Shown: positions 25,510 through 38,540 of the stretch, piece after piece
Position numbering within the stretch: the first letter of the stretch is position 1
How the letters are laid out: each line of letters begins with the position of its first letter
Assembly (NCBI GenBank): GCA_013239625.1
Contig: MU054220.1
Location: 1,913,509-1,977,508, forward strand
Source of the DNA: Lama guanicoe
Lineage: Eukaryota
Direction: 5' to 3'
Length of the DNA stretch: 64,000 bases
Made by a program: the position numbers and the translations under genes
Notes under the pieces: model-generated
The model's database searches: none
What the model saw: the letters and a program-made list of their open reading frames with translations, nothing else
Told to the model about the DNA's origin: nothing

Positions 25510-25830
25510 CTAATTTATTTCAGTTAATAAGTATTAAGTGCCAACTGTGTTCCAGGGCTTATGGTAAGTTCTGCAGAAATAGCAATGGATAAGACAAAAA
25601 TCCCCATTTTCATGGAATGTATATTGTATTATGTGTGTCAGTGAAGAGATAGACAACAAGTAGACAGATAAATGAAATACTTGTAGAAAGTGATGAGGGA
25701 GCTGGCATAAGTAAAACAGGTGAGACATCAGATGGGGTGGTCAAGGATAAACTCTCTGAGAAGGGGCCTCACTGGATGAGAAGGGCCTGGCATGTAATCT
25801 GGGGGAGGGGCCAGAGCATGCCCAGACCAC
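25510..25830 (-). mobile_element. L2 3' end
   Basis: tttattcagttaataagtattaagtgccaactgtgttccagg...ggtggtcaaggataaactctctgagaagg. Confidence 0.75.
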
Positions 25831-27507
25831 GAGATGGGAACCAGCAGCAAGAGTGCTTTGCTTCCCATTTCCCTATTCTGCACACAAATGCTATTTCTTT
25901 GTCTCTGGTGTGTTACAATCTGTTAAAGAAATTGCTCTATGAGGCCTGGGAAAGGAATGATGTTGAATGAAACAGAATTCCAAGGCTTACTGATTACTGG
26001 AGATGCATGTTGGCATTGGGGGAGGGTTGGGAGCAGAAGCAGGTACTCTGATCCCAGAGGAAAGATAAGGCAAGGTCTGTAGAAACTGCTTTTTCCCCCC
26101 TTTGTTGCTGCATTTCACTACTGTGGTTAATTGGCAAAGCAGTCCATGTGAATGAGTGCAGGATGTCCAAATCGCAGCACTGTTTCACACATCATCATTT
26201 CAAGTCACCAACTGACAGGATTTAGCACTCTGTGTCTGGCAGCAACCAGCAGTGAAGCAGAGAGAATTCCACTGGATTATCCAAAGCATCTGACCTGCAA
26301 ATGAGGAGTGAGGAGAACATTAAAAAAAAAAAAACCAAACCAACAACTCCTGAACGGTACAGTGAGCCAATTCGACATCGAACAGAGACACACAAATATC
26401 CAGCCACCTCTGAGGCAAAAGGTCAATTTCTTGTGCTTGTCCCCAATCTGCAGACTCCAAGTTCTTGATCTGTGCTCAGTCCCTCATTTCTAAGCAGAGG
26501 CAGGCCAGATGGGCTGCTCTAGGGTGACACTCTATTGTCTGACTCCAGAGGAGCATTACAGCCGAAGTGGATGATGGGAGAGGAAGAGGGTACAGTTAGA
26601 TGGCAGGACTTGTCCTCTAAAGATAAAGTTCTAATAGATTGGTTCTTCTGCCGAAGAAGCTGATATTTGCAGCCAGATCTTTATCTTAGGCAAGCCCACC
26701 ACAGATCCTAGGTTTGGGATAGGGGATAGAGTGGAGTAAAGAAGTAACTGTCCATCTAATGAGAAATGGATAGTACTGAACTTGAGGATTTCTCAACTTT
26801 CTAATTCTCTTAATCCTTAATCAAGTCCCAGGACCCCCATGCCTCATCCTTCTCTCCTCCAAGCCTTTCTCACACAGCTGTTAGGTAAGATTTACTAGAC
26901 GGAATGTGTTTGCAAAATCTGTTTTGTTCATTGGAACATGTTTATCTAGAAGGAAAGAAGAAAAAAAAAAACCCTGTCCCTTCTCACTATTTACTTTTTG
27001 GTGACTGCCTTCTGGGATTTGGAACTGGATAAACAGATGGCTTTCATGGAAGGAATCAGGCGGAACGCCAGGGTGTGTATATATATCTTGATCTCAGTGT
27101 ACATATGGCAAATAGTCCTCATCCACACAGCTGTGCTGGTTCTGGAGAGAAGTGAGGGGACAACAGCATCCTCTGGATGAGAGGGCTCCCACTGGTCCAA
27201 GGTGCAGTGCTCCAAGGACTCCCTCCAAGGAGCACCTCCCTGGCGGAACCTTGGGCTATGGGATGCCAGATGGTTTCTAGAGTTCTAACCCCAGAAATAT
27301 GACCCCAGTTTCATTTTCTGGCCTCTGGCTGTGGTAATTAAGCGTTGTGCCAGATTCGGAACTATTGCTTATGATTTGTACTGGGTTTGTTTGATATATA
27401 TGGGTGCCCGCAACGTGCTGAGTGTTTGCACTGTCTATAGTGATTAGTGAGCTTCGAGCACCTTTGCAATAGACTGGATGCCTCTGTGTTAAGGGCACAC
27501 TCCCAAG

Positions 27508-27510
27508 TGT

Positions 27511-27543
<33 letters not shown>
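27508..27543. repeat. (TG)n microsatellite
   Basis: Run of TG dinucleotides seen directly. Confidence 0.95.
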
Positions 27544-27545
<2 letters not shown>

Positions 27546-27646
27546 ATGCACAGACGTTGTGGAAGACGTTGTGGAAATATTGTGGAATACAATATTTCCC
27601 AGGCCACGGGGAAAATCTAACTGCCAGAGGGAACAGGGTACAGCGA

Positions 27647-27659
27647 TGACTCACGTGAC
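27647..27659. promoter_or_regulatory. Overlapping AP-1 (TGACTCA) and palindromic E-box (TCACGTGAC) motifs in a locally CpG-rich patch
   Basis: Motif sequence seen directly; function is inferred only. Confidence 0.35.
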
Positions 27660-29524
27660 AGCAGACGGCTGCTGAAAGGGAGTTGGGACGGTCGCGGAGG
27701 AGCAGTTTTCCTCCTAATTTTTTTACCTTCTCTGCTGCAGGGGGTGAGTGGTGGAGCAAGTAACTCTTTCACAATCAATATGTTTCAATTCCAAGGTTTG
27801 AAGAAACTTCATTACATTTCAGGGGAATCTTCTAAGAGCCCCCAAATCTTCATTTGCTTCACAGAATAGAGTTCAGGTGCATGTTTTCTTTCCCCACCAC
27901 CCCCACAAAATTCCTTTAAATAACCATGAGAAAAAAAAGATGACAATGCTGCTCAAACAGAGAACTGGTGCCAAGCAGAGCCACCTCAAAAACCCCAGAA
28001 GTCCCAAACAAAAAAACTCTCTGAAACAAAGCGGGCTGCATTCATGAGGTTCAGGTAGCTCAAAGACAAGACCATTAAATGATTAGACTCTAACAGAGCA
28101 AGGTGCTGGAGGTAATGGGACCTCATGGAGACAGAACAAAAGATTCTACTTCTGACAAAGGTTCTGCAGACCTTTATACCACAGTGAGCAGTGAGCGTGA
28201 GGGATGCTGCCCAGGAAATGAAAGGACTCAATCGTTCCTCTTCAGTGAGCGGAGCCCAGGAGGAGTGTTCCAGGGCGCTCTCACAAACACTCTTTAATAA
28301 TACCATCCAGAGCCTTTGATTCAAGGAACATGCTGAAGAATAAACAGCCTATTAATCTGAGTTTTCTGGTATGCCTGAGTACACAAAGCAGCAATGAACT
28401 AACCCCTTGGCTCTCGCAAACACCCCGACGGCACCCCATCTGCTGCTCCACTGCACTGCTCTGCTCCCTGACTCTGCTGCTGCATGCAATTCATCCCTGG
28501 AAAAGCTTCAGGTTTGGGGGCCTTGGTGGTTTCAACTAAGGATGTTCAGGCCAAACCCAGGGTGCAAAGAACTGGAAACAGCGCATCCTTGTTTGGCCAT
28601 AAGCAGTGCAACCATGTGACTTTGGGCTCAAATGAGAACTGTGCGGTAGTGTGACTGGGTGAGGAGACAAAGTCATCAGTCTGCCTCTTTCTGAGCCAAG
28701 TTGACAGCCACAGGCCTGGGAAAGGAAGGCCCAGTTTCAATTGCTTCCCAGTCTTGGTTACCTTGGTGGCGAGAGGGGCTCCTGCATGGGTGGGCTTTGG
28801 GTGCCATCCTGTGGAAACATTCCTGGGCGTTTTGCCCAAGTAAAAATTACCAAGTAAGGTTCCTGAGTTTTCAAGGAGGAAAGGAGAAGAAAGATATGGG
28901 GCTGCTTCCCTCTCAGACCCTTTCACTATAAGTCCTTCTCTAAAAACAATCAGGTGCAGCTTTTGTGATAACAACCATTTGATGAAGCATCAGGTTCTCC
29001 TTCCCGCCCCCAAGGAAATCATAGATAAAGAAGCTGATAGTATGACCGTTAAGTAATAAACCAGGGTCCAGCTGTTGAAACAGTGTAATTGAGGCTAGAT
29101 CATAGGCTCAAATCAGCCCTGAGAGCCAGGCGGCTTCTTTGTGTTTCACAGACACTGACCTCACACAAGGTGTGTGCTTAATCATAAAAGGAACTGGCCT
29201 GGTGAGCTGGATAAATCAGTATCACTGCCACCCAACACACACATGCATAACACACACAACCTCAAAGTACACATCCCACTGACTTCAAATTTATATACAA
29301 AGGAAAACACATCTAGTGAAAATTTCCTTTCTACAAATAATTTCAAAGAGGTGCTTTGATTTTTAAAAAATTAACTCTAAAGTCCTCTGATTCTGTTTTC
29401 AGAGAGCAACTCTGTGTTTGGTCTATTGAACTGCAAAAGAAAGTGCATGCACCTAACAAAAGAGAAGGAACAGCACAGAAGCTCCCATACTTTACGTGAC
29501 TGACTTTGAGACACCAGAAAAATG

Positions 29525-29750
29525 CAGTGATTACAAGCCCGGGCCTTGCATTCCAACAGAGCTAGGTCTGTTGCTTGCTACGTGGGATCTTAGACATGCT
29601 ACATAAAAAAATCAGTGAGCTTCAATTTCCTCACCTGTGAAATGGGACTCACCCTCATGGGATGAGCATACAGATTATATAACATACCAAAAAGGTTTAA
29701 GTCAGTGGCTGGGACATAGTCAGTGCTCAACAAAAGACAGCTGTACTTGC
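29525..29750 (+). mobile_element. MIR SINE
   Basis: gagcttcaatttcctcacctgtgaaatggg...gctgggacatagtcagtgctcaacaaa. Confidence 0.75.
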
Positions 29751-31677
29751 TACACTTTGAATCTTCTAATGTAGGCACAGGAAACAAACAAGGCCTTGTG
29801 CAGGGACCTAACTGGTTGGCACGTGAGCTACATGAAACAGGAGTTTCTTCGTCTCTTTATTAGGCTGGGCTTAAAAGGTCTCCAGATCTTCCCTCAGTAC
29901 ATTGGAAATAAGAGTTTGAGTTCCGTGGGATTATTGATGAAACGGCAATGAGAGATCAAATCCTGGTACTGTGGGAACCTCCTTTTTGACTTGGGAACTG
30001 CAGACTAACCTGGAGTTTCCCACTCCAGAGTGTGGCTGAGAAGATACATCCCTCTTCCTCTAGGCTTCCACCTGTTGAGACAAACAGATGTACTCTGAAC
30101 ACAAGAGGGGCCCTGCAAGCACAGATCTGGTATCAGACAGCCTTTCTCTTCAGCATTCCTGGGGTTGTAAAATGACAAACATTCCAGCAGGCTGGATCTA
30201 ACCCTTCCTACCCTGTGACTGGGGGGCTGATGAAGCTGCTTCTTGTGACTAGACCCGTCAGCACCTCACTCCAGGGCTGTGAGGTGGACTTCATTAATAT
30301 TGATGAGCTGCAGCTCGTTAACCTCATTTGATGTTTATTTACAACCATTCTTCTTATATGCTAATGAGTGACACTGGGCTCTTCAGATAGAAAGGAGAGA
30401 ACTGGACCCTCTCTGCCAGCATCTCCTTGGCAAACTCCTGTCCCTTAAAACAGAAGTTTGCACAGAGGGAATGGTGCCAAATGGAGGGAATGCAGCAGAG
30501 AGGACAAAATGATGTGAAAAGAATGTCTGCAATGTGATGGGGGAGAGAGAGAAGCCCAGCTGCTGGGGCCACGGTGTGACTGAGGTTTGGTTACACCTAC
30601 CCAGTGGGTAACGAAAAGAAGCTGAAGGGCGGGGACCCAAGGAACTGTGACAGGGACAGTATATTAGGTTTTGGAATTGGGGTGGGAGGCGGAGAGGAGT
30701 GGGCCCCTTGGGTGTCAGGGGCTGGAGGGCCTCTCTCCAATTCACATCACTTTCTTCTATGATCTTAAGGAAATCAATAAATAGGGGATTGGGGTAGATT
30801 TCTGTAACGCAGTTGAGTGTCCACAGCAACTAATGCTTGGAGAAAGAGTACCTATTGTCCAGAACATCACTGTGAAATTGGGTAAGCGGGGAGGAAAAGT
30901 CACTGTTTCTCTTTCCTCCAAGTTATGGTTATGTTATGTATATCAAAGAATAGGATAATTAAACAAGGAAGATTCAGAGACTGGGAAAAGTATTTTTTAA
31001 AAAATATGGCCATTCTATTGTCTCAGGGCTGCTGAGCCCAACAGAACACAGGGACCCTTCCAAATTTCATAGTACGTAGCAAGTCAACTTTGAGTCCTCT
31101 CATCCATTCAAAAAGCATAAAAGACTATAGAAGACATACGAGGGGGATGGAAGGAGATATAAATGTTACTCATGTCAGCCACAACATCAAATTTAAAATT
31201 TCTTCACCACTTAAATGCCGATTCCCACTATATCCCTTGTCTTCACTCCTTTGCACTTTACGTTACTATTTAGACAATTATTTCCTTGCTGCCTGCGGGG
31301 TCCAGGCCCTCTCTTTTCTCTCAATCTGACTTTTTCTGTGAAGCACTTTGAAGATCATTCCTACCCTTGATGTGTCTTTCTGTAAGGCAAAGAGGCAGGA
31401 GAAAAAAGGAATCTCTTACCTTAAAGATTTAACCACACTTAAGTACAAAGTATTGGTTCTAAAAGGGTAGATTTTATGTTTGAGCTGTTTGTGTGAGATC
31501 ATTATCCCTTAGGGTATGAATTTAATCCCTTTCAAGTCTTCTATGAACTCAGGTCCTGTTGGACTGAAGGAATCAATAGCAATCTGCATTCAACCTGACA
31601 ATGTGCAGCTCACTGATGCTTGCGGACAAACATGTCCAAAAGAGTCCTTGACAATTGTATGCTTGTTCTAGACTACA

Positions 31678-31898
31678 GCAGTGTTTTCCAACCTTTTTAA
31701 ACCGCCCCCTCACCCCAGCCTTTTCATACTTTTTTTTCCAAGTGCCCCACCCCATGAAATTTTAATTCCATAGATATACTATATGTCTATTTTTTTAAAA
31801 AAGTGAAGGGCCACAAGCCATTGTAATAATTTTTCTGCCTCTCAAAGAACCATTATTTTCCCCCTTTGGGGCAATATCACCTCCATTGCAAATGTATG
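31678..31898. mobile_element. hAT-type non-autonomous DNA transposon (MER96-like)
   Basis: Begins cagtgttttccaaccttttt and ends cccctttggggcaatatcacctccattgcaaatgtatg, followed by ttctagag (hAT-type target). Subfamily uncertain. Confidence 0.55.
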
Positions 31899-32009
31899 TT
31901 CTAGAGATTTTTTAAAAAGTATATCATCTGATTTAATGTGTTCCAGGATTGAACCCAACATTCTCCCAAAGTGAACCATCAAACACAATTATAACTCTGT
32001 TCTGATTTC

Positions 32010-32025
32010 AAAGAAAGAAACAAAG

Positions 32026-32080
<55 letters not shown>

Positions 32081-32081
32081 A
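32010..32081. repeat. (GAAA)n tetranucleotide microsatellite
   Basis: Long, mostly perfect GAAA run seen directly. Confidence 0.97.
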
Positions 32082-35000
32082 TATCTTTGTGTCTATCTAG
32101 TGACAGTTCTTCCAAAGAAGAGATCAAAATTCTTTTTTTCACACTGGACCTGATCTATCCGCAGAATAAATGGCTTGCTTTTTGGCTGTGGGTTAGCTTT
32201 TTACAATAGCTCTATTTGAGTACTGGAAGAGGTAACAGATTGTCAGGTCCCTTAGGGATGCCCAGATAGTTCACTCTCCTAAAAGTCAACAATATATTCC
32301 CTTGTAAGAGTCTTAGAATTAAGTTCATGATCTCATTAAATTTCTCCCAGACTCCAGACGAAGATAGTGGTTGGTACTACTATTCCCTTTTTATGGACAG
32401 ATAAATGATGATATCAAGAGATTAGGTAGCTTAATTTAAGTCATAGGGACTGATGTTTCTTCATGTAAATATCTTATCTGTCATATAAAGTCACTCTGAG
32501 GATTTCAAGACCATATGTCTTCTGGTTCCTACTTTAATCTAGGATCACGGTACTTTGCTAGAGAAAAGTTTATAAAGGTTGTTCTGCCTCTGATAACCCC
32601 TTTTCTCCATCTGACAGCATAAAAGCAAAATAAGGTGCTAACAGATAAGACCTGACTGATGGGGAGAGAGGAAGAGAACTCAGGCTATTGCCCTAAAGGT
32701 TTCTATTTCACAGGTAAATGGCTTGGGTAGCATAGTGCAACATAGAGGGAGGTACACAGGTCTTTTCTTTTCTAAGATGAATACCACCATCTTTGTAGGG
32801 TTCAGAGGAGACAGAGTAAAGCATGATATGCTCCTCAGACGATACGGAGACTCAAATCAAGAACTCCCACAAAGAGTCTTCAAGTAACATGAGAAATTCA
32901 TATTTTACTTAGCAGTCATGGAAACTGACCACATACTCAAAACTCACCATAAGTGAGTAGGAGTTAGAGGCTGGCAGACCAAATAAAAAGTACTACCTTA
33001 AAGGGCTCGTCTCTGTAAACTAGACTCAGGCTCATTTTAATTCTCCCAATTAAGTCAGTGTTAAAATTCCCTCAGAACAATAACCAACTTATTTGTCCTA
33101 AAGAGTAAGTGACTTCAAGAGATAATATTCATCTCGTGCCTTCGAGTAGATCTGTATGTAATTCATTCCTCATTACCAGACTCCATTCTATTCAAAACAA
33201 AACAAAGAACTTCAGGGAAGGATATTTTGCAATAATGCTTATGAACCTAGTATGACATTGAATAATATTATCACTAATAAATTTATCCTCATATGTGACC
33301 TCAGTCCTTCACATTGCAATGGAAGTTTATTTCCTCTTTGTTTGAAGAGATGGAGATGAGCTAATGATGGGTTGAAGGTTTTAATTTTAATTCATAATGT
33401 CCAGAGGCAAAAGATATACCCGAGATCAACGCTAACACATTAAAGAGAAGATCAAAGTAGTATACACATTTAGTTAAACTAGCTTCTGATACAGAAATGT
33501 TATGCTAGCTGCTTCTTTTGCTGTAAACCAGGAACAAATTTGAGAGAGGGCAAAAAAAAAAATCTTCACACTTTGCATCAAAAAATGAAACTATAACATT
33601 CTGGATTGAAATAGAAACTAGACAATACAAGGTATGGAAATCTAAAAAGTGACTCTTCTATTACAGAAGGGGCATTTAAGTGAAAAAATCTAGCCTACTG
33701 GATGCCATAAAACAGGAACAAATGGGGGGAGGGGCAAGTCCTTTAAAGTCTTGGACACTAGAACAAAGGAACCAAACTGAAAATCCTCCAACTTGGAGTA
33801 GGTGAGGAGAGAAAGAGAGCCCCATGGAAACCCCAATCATGTTGGTTGCAGCGCTGTCAATAAACTGGAGGGGGCAATGAGCAGGAATGAACACCACCAT
33901 ACTCCAGTCTTGATTTGTTAACTTCAGCAGCATTTGTCTATCTTGTTCTACCAACATAACTAGTTAAAGAAACAATCCTAGATTCAGGAAAAGGCTAATT
34001 TTTGTCATTGGCAGATGACCAAAGAAAACACATTCTTCAATGAGCAGTATAATAAGGCAATAAAAACAGACTGTACTTATCAAACATTTTTATCCGAAGT
34101 GCTCAAAACATTTGCCAGTGTTATACCCGGTTCCCACTTCCCCTTCACCATCTTCTCCACAGCTGTGGGAGGAAAAGCAAGCTTTTTGTAGGAGGGATGT
34201 CTCCTCTGCATATCGATGTAAGTCTGCATACAACTTTAGGAAAAGAACCTCCCAAAGAGGGTGTGTGTGGGGACTCCCAGGATTCCCCAGGGGGCCAGAT
34301 CCTCCAAGCACTCGGTAAAGACTTTGCTCCACCACTTCAAAGCCAGTGAGGGTAAAGTTCTGCTTGGCAGCCATGGATGCTACCACAAAGAGCAATTCTT
34401 TATTTGGGCCAGGGACCAAAAGGGAGAATTCAGAAGGAAGAGTAGGAAGGCATTTTCCCATCCAGATATAAGTAAGGAAACTGACCAACTGACTCACTAA
34501 TCCCTTTTCCTACAGGTGGCATTATTATCCTGGTTTTATGCTCAGTGAACGGTGGTGTGGAAGGTTAAGTGTTTAAGTGCTCATTTGCTCAAAGTTACAA
34601 AGTAGGTCTGTAAGAAAGAGCATCATAGAATCCAGGAGTCAACTTCCAACAGTGATGGATGGAGGTTATCAGAAGAGCCCTTCAAGGTTTAAGAATTAGA
34701 AGCTAGAATACTTTTTTTTTTTTTAAATGAAGACCAGGAATGGGTAGGAAGACCTTAGGCCAATGCTTTATAACGATACAGTGGTCCAACCTCATGGGAA
34801 CAGATATCACAAACAATTTTACAATGCAAAATTTAAGTAGTTAACAGGTAGTTCCACAGTTGCAGTTTTGCACAAAACACATAATTAGGTTTCTATGGGT
34901 CAGACTTATACTATCAGACAGTGAAGGTGGTGAGTATGTCACAGATAGCTGATCTTAAAAGTTTGAGGAATACAGTGAAACAAATAAAACAATCATTTCC

Positions 35001-35674
35001 TTTGCTCTGCATTCAAAGTGGTGGCTCTTTCCTAGGCCTCTGGTACAGATGTCTGAAGTCCTGCTCTGGACAAGATGAAGAGACTTTCTCCCCAGAGCAG
35101 TATCCTAAGCACATAAGAAGTTCTTTGCTTCACTGGGACATCTAGAAAAAGCCAACAGGGTCACAGTCAAGTACTAAATCTTGCTGACAGAATGACTTGA
35201 AATCTCAAATTTGTGATGGCTTGAAGTAGATGTTTTTTAGAAAAAGAGACCAAAAAGTCCTAAGTCTTCTGTTTTTGAACTTTGGAACCATTTTAATAAT
35301 AATCTTCTTTTCTGCTAAGCCTTGATATTGCAGAAAAATCAGAATGATATAACTGAAAAAGTATTTTTAAAAAGATGCTTATTAATTTTTATGAGAAAAT
35401 CAGATAAAGTATCACCAACTAATCAGTAACCATCTTGAATGAATAGACTTTATAATGAACACATTGGTCATGATAAAAATAATTAGGATAAAAGGAATCT
35501 CTATGATTTCATGAAACCGAAGTTTGTAAGTATAATTTTCCATTGCTTGAGATAAATCCAATAAATCTGAATGTGACCTTGGTTTGTCATGTCAAGGCAC
35601 CCAATTAATGTTCACTTCCCCTCACCCAGACTTGTGCCTCCAGGCAAGAAAACAAACTTAGGATAAAAATCTAT

Positions 35675-35940
35675 TATCTGCCCACTTTTATGAGGTACCT
35701 AGAATAGGCAGATTCATAGAAACTAGAATTGAGGTTTCTAGGGGTGGGGCGTAGTTTAAGGAGAAGTCAGGTGTTATTGTTTAATGGGTACAGAGTTTCA
35801 TTTTGGGATGATGAAAAAGTTCTGGAGATGGATTATGGTGATGGTTGCACAACACTGAATGTCCTTAATGGTACTGAATTGTATAGTTATTAATCGTTAA
35901 AGTGGTAAATTTATTATGTACATTTTACCACAATAAAAAT
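35675..35940 (+). mobile_element. L1MB-like 3' end
   Basis: ccacttttatgaggtacctagaataggc...gttctggagatggattatggtgatggttgcacaac...ttttaccacaataaaaa. Confidence 0.88.
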
Positions 35941-36012
35941 GATCTGTCTTGCTTTAAAAAATATCTGCATAGAGGGTTCTTCAATCATTCTTTTATAATA
36001 TTGTGGCTTAGG

Positions 36013-36130
36013 CAGTTCCCCAAGTTCGTCTGTTCATCAGAATCATTTGGAATGCGTGTTAAAGTTACAGTTTCTCTGGCCATTCCCCAAACTATTTGGA
36101 AACTAGTGGGCCCTAAGGTAGGATCATGAA
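36013..36130. mobile_element. MER5-like fragment
   Basis: cagttccccaagttcgtctgttcatcagaatcatttggaatgcgtgttaaa. Confidence 0.55.
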
Positions 36131-36239
36131 AGATATAGTTGGATTCTGTCTGTATTGGGGCACAGTGGTGCTAATTTATAAAGCTTATTAATCCTGAGAC
36201 TTCTTTCTTTGTCCTGTGTTTTCTTTTGTTTTTGCTTTT

Positions 36240-37110
36240 TACAATTTTAAATTGTGGTAAAATACATAAAACAAAAATTTTACCATCTTAACCATTTGTA
36301 AATGTATAGTTCAGTGGTATTAAGTACATTCACACTGTTGTGCAACCATCACCACCATCCATCTCCAGTGCCTTTTTCATCTTATAAAACTGAAACCCTA
36401 TACCTATTAAACAATAACCTCCCATTCCCTCAGTCCCCACCAACCACCATTCTACTTTCTGTCTTTATGATTTTGACTACTCTAAGTACCTCATATAAGT
36501 GGAATCATACAGTATTTGTGTTTCCGTGACTGGCTTATTTCACTCAGCATGGCATCCTCAAGGTTCATCCATGTGGTAGCATGTCAGAATTTCCTTCCTT
36601 TTAAGGCAAGTAATATTCCATTACATGTAAGTACTACTGTGTGCTTATCCATTGAGCCACTGACAGACACTTTGGTTACTTCCACGTTTTAGCTATTCTA
36701 AGTAGTGCTGCTATGAACATGGGGGTACAAGTATCTCTTTGAGATTTTGCTCTCAGTTCTTTTGGATATATTCCCAGAGGTGGTAATTCTATTTTTACTT
36801 TTCTGAGGAACCACCATATTGTTTTCCATAGCTATTAGTCCATTGTATATTCTCACCAACAGTGCACAAGGGTTCCAGTTTCAGTTTCTTCACATCCTTG
36901 CCAATACTTGTTCCTCTCTCCTCTTTAAAAATAGTAGCCATCCTAATGGGTGTAAGGTGGTATCTCCTTGCAGTTTTGATGTTCAATTCCCTAATGATTA
37001 GTGATGTTGAGCATCTTTTCATTTCATTCATGGCTCATTGGTCATTTTTATATATTCTTTGAAGAAATGCCTATTGAGTCCTACGCCAATTTTTAAATCA
37101 GGTTTTTGGT
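36240..37110 (-). mobile_element. L1MB-like 3' end (ORF2 tail plus UTR)
   Basis: aattgtggtaaaatacataaaac...cagtggtattaagtacattcacactgttgtgcaaccatcacc; ORF 36795..37031 (KRCSTSLIIREL..RYHLTPIRMA) is L1 ORF2. Confidence 0.92.
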
Positions 37111-37254
37111 TTTTTGTTTGTTTGTTTTTTTTTCTTTGTGGCTGATGTCCTTGTGCTTTGATAGTTGTCAGATTAAATTTACATAGAAAAGGGTATGGTC
37201 TGAGCCTCCAGTATGGAAGTCATTTCTGAGCGATGGTATGCTGTTGTTTAATTA

Positions 37255-38540
37255 AGGTTAAACAGTTATTAAGAGCCCTCTCTGTACCAGGCTAGGCACT
37301 AGGATTAGAAAATTCAATAAGTTATGGTCTCCATGTCCAAAGAACTTAAAGGCTAATGGACAAGGCAAGCAACTGATTTCAAAACATGATGCTGTAACTA
37401 CAGGGAACTCAGGAACACACATGGCAGGGTTTAGCCTCCTTGTGGTTGAGGTTAGAGGACTGCCGAGGGAAGGAGTTCTAGAGAAGGTGCTACCAGAGAT
37501 GAGTATTGAAGTTTATTCAGGTGAAAAGATGGGGTGGCAGTGCTATATAGGCAGAGCCTTAACCAAGGTACCCTGATGGGAAACGACACATGAGATGAGG
37601 GGAACTACCAGTACTCGAGTTCAGTGTAAATGGAGAGAAGATTTTAAGGCAAGGAATTGCTGGAAATGAGGCTGAAGCAGGAGGCAGGGATCAGGTCCCA
37701 GAAAGTCTTGTGTGTTTCATTCTGTAGATGATGGGGCACCTTTAAATAGTTTTAAGTAAAAGAAGAACAGCAGCACAGACTTTCTTTGTACACAGACACT
37801 TGACTCTAAAGGGAACAAAATGGATGGGACAGAATGCAAAGGTTCAAGCAGGAACCAGGGCATTGATCATGGGAATCAAGAAGAAAGGTCAGGAATTTAA
37901 GAACTATTTTGAAGGTGAGAGGAGTGGGACTTTTTAGCTGACTGCATGATGAGGGGTGAGGGGGAGATAGGAGTCTAGAATGATAGAGTATAACTTTGGG
38001 AACTGATATGGGGAGCCCAAGAGGAGAGGCAGATTCAAGGGTGAGGGTGAGGAGTTCTGTTTCTAATAGTGAAAATGAGGCAACTGTCAGACATGCAAGT
38101 AGAGATGGATGAGGCTAAGGACAATGGATGTGTGGGGCTGGTGCTCAGAGGAGTTCAAGGCTAGAGAGACAGATTTAGAAGTCATTTGTCTAAGGTGGAA
38201 GTCATTTGTCTAAGGTGGTAGGAAAAGTAAAAGGAGACAAGACTGCTCCTGTGTAGTGAGAGAAGCAACAAGCCAAGTATGGAACCTTGGGACGTACCAA
38301 CATTTAAGACCAAGACAGAGGAAGAAACACATGGTGGAAAGGGCATAACTCTAAAGCCAAACAATGTGTTTAGAATCTCTTCTCCACTACTTAATTGTAT
38401 GGACTTGAACAAATTAGTTGTGAGTTCTTGTCTATAATATAGAGATAATACTACTTTGCAGATTGTGATGAGGATTAAATGTGTTACTGTATGAATGATA
38501 ACTTTAAAAAGTGCCTGTCATAATGTTGTAGGCACTCAGT
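37255..38540. mobile_element. L2(-) 37255-38325 followed by MIR(+) 38330-38540
   Basis: Antisense L2 signatures (ctctctgtaccaggctaggcactagg; ggctagagagacagatttagaagtcat; ccttgggacgtaccaacatttaag), then MIR (tgtgatgaggattaaatgtg). Confidence 0.8.

Noticed and set aside
34162..34217. Plus-strand exon-like segment (ctccacag|...|gtaagt)
   Set aside because: Antisense to the host gene, no recognisable peptide and no partner exons; such matches are expected by chance in 64 kb.
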